Below are positions 43,102-53,527 of a stretch of 64,000 nucleotides of DNA, piece after piece. The notes beneath the pieces were generated by a model, which did no database searches, was not told the DNA's origin, and saw nothing but the letters and a program-made list of their open reading frames with translations. Source of the DNA: an uncultured Verrucomicrobiae bacterium. Its GTDB lineage: Bacteria; Verrucomicrobiota; Verrucomicrobiia; Limisphaerales; JAFGQR01. The position numbers and the translations under genes were made by a program. Location of the stretch: the NCBI GenBank assembly GCA_963788655.1, contig CAWBHS010000087.1, forward strand, positions 177,044-241,043, in the 5' to 3' direction. Position 1 is the first letter of the stretch. Every line of letters begins with the position of its first letter.

Positions 43102-43914
43102 ATGAATTACACAAACCATTGGGTGGTTGGACTGGTAATCGGGATTTTGAGTGCGACCGCACCGGTGGTTGAGGCGCAGGGAGGAAGCCCCAAAGGCAAT
43201 GGATATGAAACCGGTTATGCCGAGGTGGTCCGGATCTGCGCCGAATTGCACCGCGCTTTGGACGCGAAGATGCGCCCGCAGATGTTGCCGCAGCCGGTGT
43301 ATTGGAAGGACGTCCCCATGCCCTACGTGCAACCCGGTCTCAGCAATGACGGCACACGCGATTGGCGGGCGGTGCATCTTTCCGCAGGCTTCATTGATTT
43401 GGTGAACCGCCTGGCCCATGCCCGCGCGATTGATTTGGTTGACCGTGGTTTCTTGAAACAATACCTGGCCATTTTGGCGACCGCGACGGACGAGCAACCC
43501 TTGCCGGGATTACCGATTGACGGCGTGCCGCAAGCGTGGTCCTTCGACGTGATGAATCATCAGGCGAGCCATTTCAACCAGATGGCGGGAACCTTGATTG
43601 CCATCGTCATGGCCGAGCATACCCTGGGTTATTACGACAAGTACGCCACCCAACTGGCCGACGCGCAAAACCGTTCGGTGCCGATCAACCGTTTCCTCAC
43701 CGAAGGCGAATGGCACAAAGCTGTCGTTCTAGGAGCCCGCGAGGCGTTGAGCTGCGGCTTTGGGGTCGAGGGATTCCGGGTGTTGCTGGAAGCCATTGAT
43801 GAAATGCCAACCCGGCCCGCGTGGACGCTTTATTTCGCCCCGGATAAATTCAAGTCCGCCAAGCTTCGCCGGGAACTTCAGAAGATGGAAAAGAATTTCT
43901 TCCTGGCCGAGTAG
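43102..43914 (+). CDS. hypothetical secreted protein (270 aa)
   Basis: Signal peptide MNYTNHWVVGLVIGILSATAPVVEA; helical globular composition; the longer track ORF is antisense to the AKR gene. Confidence 0.75.
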   Translation: MNYTNHWVVGLVIGILSATAPVVEAQGGSPKGNGYETGYAEVVRICAELHRALDAKMRPQMLPQPVYWKDVPMPYVQPGLSNDGTRDWRAVHLSAGFIDLVNRLAHARAIDLVDRGFLKQYLAILATATDEQPLPGLPIDGVPQAWSFDVMNHQASHFNQMAGTLIAIVMAEHTLGYYDKYATQLADAQNRSVPINRFLTEGEWHKAVVLGAREALSCGFGVEGFRVLLEAIDEMPTRPAWTLYFAPDKFKSAKLRRELQKMEKNFFLAE

Positions 43915-43919
43915 GGAGC

Positions 43920-44769
43920 TTACACGAATCTCCAATTCGGGCGGCTGGGGGATCAGCCCCTGTTCGTGGGCGCGGCGCAGAAACCGGCGGATGGTTTCGC
44001 GCCCTTTCGCGCCGTAGTCCAGGGTCCAATGATTGACGTACATGCCGACGAATTGGTCGGCCAGTTCCTGGCCCATGTCGCGCGCGTATTGCAAGGCATG
44101 CAGCACCGCCTCGGCCCGGTGATCGAGGCTGTATCGAATGCTGGTGGTGAGCAGGTCGGAAAGCCCCCGGCGGGTGGCCGGGTCAATCCGCTTGTGAATG
44201 ACGTTGCAGCCGAGGGGCAGGGGCAGACCGTCGTTTTCCCGTCCCCACCAGACGCCAAGATCTTCGCAAACCGTCAGTCCTTCCTGGGCATAAGTGAGTT
44301 GCCCTTCGTGGATGATCAGGCCCACGTCGGCCCGGCCATCTCGGACCGCTTGGAAAATCTGATCGAAAGGAACAACAACATACTCGAACTGGGAGGCGTT
44401 CTGGTTCAGCCAGAGTTGCAACGCTAAGAATGCACTGGTCATCGTGCCGGGCACGGCAATCTTGCGGCGGGCGATTTCGTCGCGGGTAAACGGTTCCTTC
44501 GCCACCAGCATCGGGCCGTAGCCGTCCCCCATGCTCGCGCCGCTGGGCAACAGCGCGTACTTGTCGCTCACATAAGCGTAGGCATGCACGCTAATGGCGG
44601 TGATGTCCAATTCCCCGCGGGTGGCGCGTTCGTTGAGGGTCTGGATGTCCTGGAGAATGTGTTCAAAGCGGAACCCCGGCGTGGGAATCAATTCCTTCGC
44701 CAGCGCATAAAACATGAAGGCATCATCCGGATCGGGCGAATGGCCGAGCGTGATCGTGCGTTGCACCAT
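43920..44769 (-). CDS. mqnD: MqnD-family 1,4-dihydroxy-6-naphthoate synthase (futalosine menaquinone pathway); 1-nt insertion near 3' end
   Basis: ITLGHSPDPDDAFMFYAL, GDGYGP, IIHEGQLTY, LPLPLG, MYVN; removing one A in GAG-A-TTC-GTG-TAA gives ..PELEFV* and removes the overlap with the convergent gene. Confidence 0.85.
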
Positions 44770-44804
44770 GGCGCGACAATAAAGGGACGTCCGCAAGTTG
44801 TCAC
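44770..44804 (-). promoter_or_regulatory. candidate sigma70 leaderless promoter of mqnD
   Basis: GTGACA-N17-TATTGT-N6-ATG, no SD. Confidence 0.5.
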
Positions 44805-44996
44805 GGAAAGTCCGAAGACCGAAGGGCGAAATCTGAAATATGCCCGAAGACAGAATACCAAATGCAGCTTCAGAATCGATCAAAATTCAGAATTGATTAT
44901 TGGCCAAGGTTTCTGTATAAACCTGCCAATCAAGCGCGCTGCCCGATTTCACTTGAGTTGGGTGGCCCGTATAAACGCCGAATTGCCGAGTTAGCC

Positions 44997-47776
44997 ATGA
45001 CATTATTTCAATCGATTTGTTCTTGCCGAATGGCGGCCATTGTCCTGACCGCTCTGACCACCACCGCCGCTTCCGCAGCCACGCTTCATGTCTCGCTGGA
45101 CAGCGTTAGTCCGACGCTGCCTTACTTGGATTGGGCGACTGCCGCTCACACGATCCAGGAAGCCGTGGATGCGGCTATGGCTGGCGATACCGTGCTGGTT
45201 AGCAATGGCGTTTACACCGTCGGCAGGCAAACCATCACTGGGACGGGGACCAACCGTTTGGTCATTGACCGGGCAATTGCCGTGCGCAGCGTCAATGGGC
45301 CAGAAACGACCATCATCACCGGCGATGCGGGCACCGATGGCGGTCTTGGCGATGGGGCCACCCGCTGCGTCTATGTTGGGTTGGAATGCTGTTCTGGACG
45401 GGTTCTCCCTCACCAACGGCCACGCGGGCAGCGGTGGCGGCGCCTATCTGCAACGCCAGCGCAGTGGTTACCCATTGATATCATCAGCGGTAACTTTGCT
45501 GAAAGCGGTGGCTGGCATTTCTTTCGGCGCCGTTTATGGTTCATTGATTGTCAGCAACTCAGCCAGCAATGCAGGTGGTGGTATTTCAGGAACTGTGGCA
45601 TCCAATTGCACTGTGCAGGGGAATTCTGCCGTTCGTGGCAGGGGGAGGTTCTCTCGGTGACACTCTATACAACTGTATCCTGATTGGAAACCAGGCGTTC
45701 CATCATGGAGGTGGGGCCACGGACAGCACACTGTACAACTGCGTTGTTACCGGCAATTCAGCCAGTTTCACCGGTGGGGGAATATATGGCTCTACGCTTT
45801 ATAATTGCACCGTAACTGGCAATTCGGCCAGTTCCGGCGGTGGCGTGGATACGAGCTCGCTTTCCAATTGTTTGGTCTATTACAACGTGGCGCAAGAAAC
45901 AGCACCAGAGCCCGCTAATTATCGAAACTCGTCTATCTCCTTTTCCTGCACCAAACCGCTGCCGCCGGGCCAGGGCAACTTTGCTGACGAACCTCAACTG
46001 GCCTCTGCGGAGCATTTGTCGGCTACCTCGCCCTGCATTGGCGCCGGCAGCAGCTTGGTCAGCCACGGTGTGGACATCGACAGCGAGCCATGGTTGGACC
46101 CGCCCTGCGTGGGAGCGGACCAGTTCGTTGCCGGCTCGGCTACCGGTGCAGTGTCGATGACGATCGAGTTGACCTGGTCGCGGTTTGCCACCGATTTTGC
46201 CGCGCCACTTGTTGCTCATGGCACAGGACCGCTCACGGCCAGCGTCTGGGATTTTGGCGATGGAACCTTGGTCACCAACCGGGCCTATATCAATCATGCG
46301 TGGCGGGCGCCCGGAATTTATCCCGTGCGCTTGACCGGCTACAACGACAGCTTCCCTTCAGGGATTACCACCACCAGTAAGGTCGAGGTGATTGAAGCCG
46401 TTCATTACGTGAACACTGCCAATCCAACTCCAGCTTACCCGTACACTACCTGGCCGACCGCCGCGACGAACATCCAGGACGCCATCAGCGCCGGACTGAC
46501 TGGCGCGCGGATTTGGGTGACCAACGGAATCTATGACTGCGGCGGTGTCGCCGTGTACGATAACGTCACCAATCGCGTCGCCTTGACCAATGGCGTTCGC
46601 GTGGAAAGCGTCAACGGGCCGGCCGCAACCATTATTGCTGGCGCTCCGGCGGAGAACGGAGGCAACGGCGACGAGGCGATCCGGTGCGCCTATGTGGCAA
46701 ATGCTTCAGTGCTCAGCGGCTTCACCCTGACCAATGGCTATACCCATACCAACCGGGATTCCTATCGATACTACAATGCTGGTGGAGCATGGTGCGAGCC
46801 CTTGGGAGTGGTGACCAATTGCCTGTTCACAGGGAATTCAGCTTACGGCGCCGGCGGGGGAGCCTCGGGTGGAAGCTTGTTTAATTCGGTGATAACGGGC
46901 AACACTGCCGATCTTGTGGGCGGGGGAGTTGCTTCCAGTACGCTATACGATTGTCTGATTTTCGGAAATGCCGCGAAGGATGCTGGCGCGGCCACTGGTT
47001 GTCTGCTCTTCAATTGCACCGTGGTCAGCAATTCATCTCCCGGCGGTGTGGGCGGTGTATTTGTATCCTCGCTCGTCAATTCCATCCTCTATTTCAACCA
47101 TAACAACACTGTGGGCGACCTTTCGAACCAGCGCCGTTCAACCCTTGACCATTCCTGCACCATTCCCCTTCCTGATGACGCTGGCAGCGGCAATCTGACC
47201 AATGCACCGGTCTTTGTGGACGCTGCCGCCGGTGATTTTCGGCTGCGCTTCGGTTCGCCCGGTATCGATGCCGGCACCAACTTGACCGGTCTTCTCGCGG
47301 ATGATTTCGCCGGCACCCTGCGTCCTTTGGACGGCGATGGTGATGGGATCGCCGCTTTTGACATGGGCGCTTACGAATTGGATTTGCGCAGCGTCATCGA
47401 TGCGGACTGGTATTGGCACTATGGGTTGGATCCAACCAATCCGGAAGTCGTATCCGGCAATCCCGACCACGATCCGCAAACCACGTTTCAGGAGTGGATG
47501 GCGGACACTGATCCAACCAACGCGCTTTCCTTTTTTCGCCTCGAGGGCATCTCGAACGTTCCTCCGGCAACTGTTTATTTCCCGAGTTCCACGAATCGGC
47601 TGTACACCCTGTTTTCCAGCACCAATCTCCTGGACGGCAACGGGGGCGACACGGCGCCTGTCTGGATGAGTGTACCCGGCCAGACCGACGTTCCCGGCAT
47701 CGGCACCACCAAGGCACTGAGCGACGCGAGCGCCACCACCAACACTCTCTATCGCGTTGGCGTCCGCGTGCCTTAG
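44997..47776 (+). CDS. secreted protein: two parallel beta-helix/choice-of-anchor Q modules, PKD domain, YR tail; frameshifts in ~45385-45635
   Basis: Signal peptide; duplicated PY..W.TAA..IQ.A module; TLYNC..TGNSA repeats; WDFGDG PKD motif; DMGAYE; ends TLYRVGVRVP. Confidence 0.82.
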
Positions 47777-47907
47777 AGCCTGTTTTAAAACTCCATCCGA
47801 TCTGTAGCAGCCGACGTGAGGAGGCTCATTCTATTTCGGAAAACCGTGCTGCGTTCGCCAAGAATGAGCCTCCTTACGTCGGCTGCTACCATTTTTCAAA
47901 CAGGCTC
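47776..47907. mobile_element. 132-nt MITE-like element carrying a REP doublet (copy B), TTA direct repeats
   Basis: TTA|GAGCCTGTTT ... AAACAGGCTC|TTA; same 28/25/36/25/18 layout as copy A. Confidence 0.85.
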
Positions 47908-47925
47908 TTAAGTTAGCGATCCAAC

Positions 47926-50260
47926 TCAGCCCATCAGAATACCACCCGAGCTCGCGTTGCTGACCTGTTTTTGGTAGCGGGCCAGCCAGCCGGTCAGCTC
48001 GCGTTTGACCGGCTGGAACGTCTTCCGGCGTTCCTCCATTTCGGCGTCGGTAACCAGCGTGTCGATCCGGCGGTTGGGGAAATCGATTCGGATGCGATCG
48101 CCGGCGCGCAACAAGCCAATCGGTCCGGCTTCTTCGGCTTCGGGAGAAACATGCCCAATGCACGCGCCCGCGGTGCCGCCGCTGAACCGCCCGTCGGTGA
48201 GCAGCGCGACCTTGTCGCCCAATCCCATGCCGACGATGTAACTGGTCGGGCGAGAGCATCTCCTGCATGCCGGGCCCGCCGCGCGGACCTTCGTTGCGGA
48301 TGATGACCACGTCGCCTTCCTTGACCTTGCCGCCAAGAATGCCTTCGCAGGCGTCCTCCTGGCTTTCGAAAATCACACACGGCCCTTCAAATACAAAGTT
48401 GTCGCCGCAATACTGCTTGAAACCTTCGCTGATGCCGGCCGTTTTCACGACGCTGCCCTCCGGCGCCAATTGGCCGTAGAGCACGGACAACCCGCCTTCC
48501 GGTGAGTAGGCAGTGGCAGCGTGCGGATGCAATCCTGGGCCTCGAACATGAACGCCGGATCGTAAGGCATCAAACCGGAGGCTTGCGCGTCGTTCAATTG
48601 GGCCGGACGCGTTTCCAGGTAGGCCTTGGAAATATGTCCGCCGGCGATAACTGGCCACCCGCAGCAAGTGCAGCCGGCTTTTTGTCGCCGCCCGCGGCAT
48701 ATTGCCAGAACAGCAACACCGGCGTCTGTTTCAATGACGCAAGTTCGGCGCGAATCAAGCCCTTGGCTGTCCGCCAGTTTCTGTTTCATCCAGGCGCAGA
48801 TTGCTGCCGGTCCCTTGAGCACGTTCTCGCCATCGACCTTCAATTCGGCTTCCGTGTCATAGACGGCCATCTGACTCTCCGCGTCACCGCAGTTCCAAGC
48901 GGTGGCCACCCGCCAGAGGGCGACCGAACGGTCGTCGCCGGAAAAGAACATCATCGGTTTGGGCGCGAGGTTGCCGCTGGCGGTGCGGGCGGCGGGGCCA
49001 AGTTTGTCCTCCGGATCGAGCGCCAGTGCCGAGGCGCCGGAGACGCGCACCGCTTTCGCCAAAGGTGAGCATTGGGCGGAACGCACGTCCCATTCCTCGA
49101 TGTTCTGGCCGAGGTTTTGGCCGGTGACGGTCATGCACGACAGGTTGAGTATCTTCTTTGCCTTGGGCGTGACATCGGCGTCCATCGCGGCAGCGGTCCA
49201 ACCATTGGCTTCGTCCAAACGCTTGAGTTCGCCCAGAATGGTGTGGATGCCGCCGGCGCGGTGAACGTCCTGCACGTGATAGTTCGACGACGGCGACACC
49301 TTGCAAAGACACGGCACCCGGCGGGAAATGGCGTCAATGCGGGCGATGTCGTAGTTGATGCCCGCTTCGCGCGCGATGGCCAGCGTGTGCAGAATGGTAT
49401 TGGTGGAACCGCCCATCGCCACGTCCGAGCGCCAGGGCATTGTCAAAGGCTTCGATCGTGGCAATGTCGCGTGGTTTTACATCCTTATCGAGCAGCTTCA
49501 GGATCTGCTCGGCGGCCCGGCGATAGAGGGCTTCGCGTTCCTTGGACACGGCCAGAATGGTGCCGTTGCCCGGCAGCGCCATGCCGAGCGCTTCGCACAG
49601 GCAGTTCATCGAATTGGCGGTGAACATGCCCGAGCACGAACCGCAGGTCGGGCAGGCGGTTTGTTCCAGCTTCGGTCAAATCCGCTTCGGTGATCTTGCC
49701 GCTCTGCAATTCGGCGACGCCTTTGAACACCGAGATCAAATCCGACTTCTGCGTGGCCGGTTGCAAGTGTCGGACATCACGTCTTCATGATTGGCCTGTT
49801 GCTCGGCAATGCCAGCCGCCATCGGTCCGCCGCTCACGAAAATCGTCGGAATGTTCAACCGCATGGCGGCCATCAGCATGCCGGGCACGATTTTGTCGCA
49901 GTTGGGGATGCAGACCATCGCCGTCAAAACAGTGCGCCCGCACCATGGTTTCGACGCAGTCGGCGATGAGTTCGCGTGAGGGCAGGGAATACTTCATGCC
50001 GCCGTGGCCCATGGCGATGCCGTCGTCCACGCCGATGGTGTTGAAAATGAAGGGCACCCCGCCCGCCTCGCGCACCAGGCGCTTCACCAGCAGGCCAACC
50101 TCGTTCAAGTGCGCGTGGCCGGGAATGAGTCGGTGTAACTGTTGCAAATGCCGATGAACGGCTTGCTGAAATCGTCGTCGGACTCGATCGAGCCGGTCGC
50201 CCGCAACAAACTGCGATGGGGCGCGCGCTCGAAACCTTTTTTAATAATATCGCTTCGCAT
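47926..50260 (-). CDS. ilvD: dihydroxy-acid dehydratase, multiply frameshifted, with large internal insertion
   Basis: [87 protein letters not shown] spread over several frames. Confidence 0.9.
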
Positions 50261-50273
50261 AACTTGAGTTCCG

Positions 50274-50304
50274 ACATTAACCGCCCCGGCCAAAGCGATG
50301 TCAA
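50274..50304 (-). promoter_or_regulatory. candidate ilvD promoter
   Basis: Perfect TTGACA, 17 nt, then GTTAATGT ending 13 nt before ATG. Confidence 0.45.
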
Positions 50305-51010
50305 CAGTGAGATGTCGGAGATTCTCCCGCAGCCAGAGGAGCCCTTCCGGCGGACACGCGAGGAACAATTGCGACCGCGGCTTGGCTGACAGCGCGGCAA
50401 GGTCGAAACCGGCGAGTGGGAATGGGCCAGTTATTGATATTGGCATAGCAGGCGCCAGTTGAAACTCGAGGCGTTTTCGCATGGCCCCACAGGTAGCGGA
50501 TCAGTTGGCCGATTCGCCCGCGAACCTCTGAGTTTAACCCCCGGTTTTTCGCGAATTCTGCAACCCCCGGCGAATTCTGCGGCCGACATTCGGATCGGCC
50601 CAACTGCGTGAGGAAGCCATTGATCATTGATATTTGCGTAGGCGAGTTTCGTCGCTGGCAGGAGCCTCTGCTCGGTGAGTGAGCTGACGCTCAACTGCCG
50701 GCTCAGCGCGGAATTCCTTTCGGCATTGGATCCCGAGTCTCCACTGCCGGTGTGCGGCTGGCTCGTTTTGCGCGGGGAGTGAACATTTTGCCATCGGAAC
50801 TGGGCAATTACTGGACCGCAGCAGCCGTTTCGCCCCTTCCAGAGGCCATAATCGCGACTAGAATCCAGCATTTCATTGCTTAACGCCGCTTGGCATCTGG
50901 TCTGCTGAAAGTTGAAGCATGTTAACAATACAACATTTCGATAACCGAAATAATGTGTTGCACGCCGTCAGCCTTATCACGGGGCTGGCAAAAAGTCCTA
51001 TCTTTGCCCC

Positions 51011-51103
51011 ACCCTCCTGCGCTGAGCCCCTGGCTTAGCGTCCTACTGGAACTGAGTTGTATGCTGGCGGTTTGCGAAAGCAGATCGCCAGCTTCCTCTT
51101 TTT
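51011..51103 (+). ncRNA. candidate small RNA (hairpin, linker, terminator)
   Basis: TATCTT -10-like at 50999; hairpin 51019-51041; terminator 51063-51103; no credible plus-strand CDS upstream. Confidence 0.35.
51063..51103 (+). terminator. intrinsic terminator
   Basis: GCTGGCGGTTTGC-GAAA-GCAGATCGCCAGC then TTCCTCTTTTT. Confidence 0.7.
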
Positions 51104-51228
51104 GGGCGTGATGTCCCAAAGTGGGACAGATCGGCAACCGCGCCCTCGCAGCGCTGCCAAACCTCTTCCATTCGTGGCGGAATTGAACAAACACGACCAA
51201 GCAATTCAGTGCTTGCCGCCGTTTTGGC

Positions 51229-52090
51229 TCAATTATCGAACAAATTCGCCGGATCCTCGGTTACGCCCAGGAAGCGGCCCTGCTTCGTCACCTCGGCAAA
51301 TTGGCCGTTCTGCCACCGGCGCAACCGATACAGCGTGGCAAAGGTGAAGTCCGGTGTCGCGCCGCCCTGGCCGCCCACCAATTCGCCGCCGCGGCGCACA
51401 TTGTCAATCATCCAGGCTGGCAGCCGCAGGTGATAGGGATTGCGTTGCAGTTCGCCCATGTGAAACGTCAGCGCGGTGATGAGGTCCGCGAGATCCGGTT
51501 CGCTGGTTTCGACCATCAAGTTGGGATTGTCCATGGCGCCCCAAAATTCCGTCTCCACCGTGTGGCATGTAAAGCTGCTTCTCCAATTTCTTCAGCGCGT
51601 CCACTACGAGATGATGGGTGCCAATGTGCGTGCCGTTCCAATCAGTGTCGTGCGGGAAAAGGATGGCGCGGGGTTTTTGCTCATCGAGAATTTCCGCGAT
51701 GCGTTCGACCGCGCGGTTCCAGGCATCCGGGTTTTGACTCCGGGCTTTCAAGTTGATTCCTTCCAGCCCGTTTTCGCGGGTCTGAATCAAGCCGAAGCCG
51801 ATATGGTCGCAACACGCCTGGAGCTCTTTCCAACGTTCGGCCTGACGGCTTTTGTTGCTGCCCTGGGTGACCGCTACATTCAGAACGTTCCATTGGGACT
51901 CACGCAACAGCCGCAGCGCCAAACCGCCAATGATGACTTCGTCATCCGGGTGTGGGGAAAAGATCAACACTTTGGGCGCCGTTGCCGGAATGGCGGGTTT
52001 GGCGGGGATGGGAAAACCACCCAAGGGTTGGTTGCGGGCCTCACGCAGCACGCGGGCCGTTTCCGAAACGAACGATTGGTAGGGGTTCAT
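51229..52090 (-). CDS. PIG-L/LmbE-family deacetylase; frameshift ~51570
   Basis: VLIFSPHPDDEVIIGG, R..E...CC; continues ETEFWGAM..PNLMVE in another frame. Confidence 0.85.
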
Positions 52091-52220
52091 GATGCGGAAG
52101 ATCGTAGGGCAGGTAGTGGCTTTCTGAAAACAACAAACCTTGGCGGCTATCGAACGGAGTGGTTCATCGTGCGACCCAGGCCACAAACCGTCCACCAATC
52201 TGGCCACGCTGGCCTGCCTG

Positions 52221-52330
52221 CGAAAGCGCCGGCAAGCCGGACGCACTCCAGGCGCTGACGCGACGTTCCGGCTGGTCTTCGCAAACTTCGCGCCAGCGCC
52301 TGGAGTGCGTGGAGCTTGCTCCCGCTTTTG
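52221..52330. repeat. GGAG-type REP doublet, arm order reversed relative to 41264
   Basis: CGAAAGCGCCGGCAAGCCGGACGCACTCCAGGCGCT ... AGCGCCTGGAGTGCGTGGAGCTTGCTCCCGCTTTTG. Confidence 0.8.
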
Positions 52331-52505
52331 TTGGAGGCGCTGCGGGCAAGACTTCCGCGGCTCCCAGGTTGGCGGAAGGCAATGTACGAACCGTTGGCTT
52401 TGGGATGCCAACTGAATCGGACGCGTGGCAAGCCGAAGCAATTTCTGGGTGATTTCCGGGTGTTGATGCGGTGCCGCCGTTTGATCTAATTTACTGCCAT
52501 GCATT

Positions 52506-52593
52506 TGCGGCAGTCCGACGAGGGCAAGCAAGCAATGCGGCAGGACGGCCTGAAGGTCGAGACGATGTGGATGTTGGTCGAGTTCACTCCCTA
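52506..52593 (+). pseudogene. 3' remnant of a small gene
   Basis: Protein-like LRQSDEGKQAMRQDGLKVETMWMLVEFTP-TAA with no intact 5' part. Confidence 0.35.
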
Positions 52594-52636
52594 ACGGCTG
52601 AGTTCGTTGGCCAATATGAAAGAAAGACGAGAGACG

Positions 52637-52930
52637 ATGAATCAGCACATGGTTATCCGGGACGAGACGGATGCCGATGTCTCCGCGATCACTGAGGTGA
52701 CCATCGCGGCCTTCAAGACCTTGGAACTCAGCAAACAGACCGAGCAATCCATCATTGAGGCGCTCCGCGCGGCCAAGGCCCTGACGGTGTCACTGGTCGC
52801 CGAGGTGGCTGGTTGGGTGGTCGGGCACATTGCCTTCTCCCCCGTGACCATTTCCGACGGTTCCCGGAACTGGTATGGGCTGGGGCCGGTTTCCGTGTTG
52901 CCTGGGGTTGAATTGAATCGATACGGCTGA
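52637..52930 (+). pseudogene. truncated GNAT N-acetyltransferase (YhbS-like)
   Basis: IRDET..AF..EQSIIEALR..SLVAE..VVGHIAFSPV..GLGPVSVLP then abrupt end before the QxxGxG acetyl-CoA motif. Confidence 0.8.
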
Positions 52931-53059
52931 GCACGATCCGGTAGATCGACGGAGGGATTCACTGAGTGGCCATCCGGCGCCGTCCTTTCGAGATTTGGTC
53001 TCGCCGGCAGGACGCCGGTTGCACGTTGGGATCAATTGCCGCCGACGCGGACCTGAGTC

Positions 53060-53527
53060 TCAATAGATGTAAGTCTGCAGGCCGTTGCGAGCAACGTAAG
53101 TGGTGAATTCGCGGGAGCGGTCCAGCTTGCCGGTTTTCCAGTTCAACTGGACGGTGAACTGTTTCATCTCGTTGGAATAGGAGGAGGAAATGGGCGCGGC
53201 GCTGATCGTCATGGTGCCGGTATAGGTAAGCCCCCCATTGGTTGAATTGGGATCGTAAGGAGCCGTGAACGTGGTGGGGATGAAGCCAGCCGTGTTGATC
53301 TGGTCCCAACTATAAAGACGGATGGTTTCCACTTTCTCGAGCATGATCTGGGTGGCCCGGAGGTTTTCGCGGGCCAACTGCATGGTGAAGAAGCCGGAGG
53401 TAAAGCTGGAGAACAAGGCGCCCATCACCGTGGCCAGCAGCCCCATGCCGATCGTGACTTCGACCAAGGTGAAGGCCATTTGCCCGCGGCGCCGCGAACT
53501 GGTTGAATGAGAAAGTTTCATTTTCAT
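53060..53527 (-). CDS. type IV pilin/pseudopilin-like protein (prepilin N-methylation motif)
   Basis: Basic leader RRRGQMA|FTLVEVTIGMGLLATVMGALF with E5; A.Q...EK.E.IR helix. Confidence 0.85.
   Translation of the reverse strand: MKMKLSHSTSSRRRGQMAFTLVEVTIGMGLLATVMGALFSSFTSGFFTMQLARENLRATQIMLEKVETIRLYSWDQINTAGFIPTTFTAPYDPNSTNGGLTYTGTMTISAAPISSSYSNEMKQFTVQLNWKTGKLDRSREFTTYVARNGLQTYIY

Noticed and set aside
50261..50930. ilv leader-peptide attenuator or a CDS at 50431-50928
   Set aside because: No Ile/Leu/Val-rich leader with terminator; promoter-like motif sits next to the ilvD ATG; the ORF is not protein-like.
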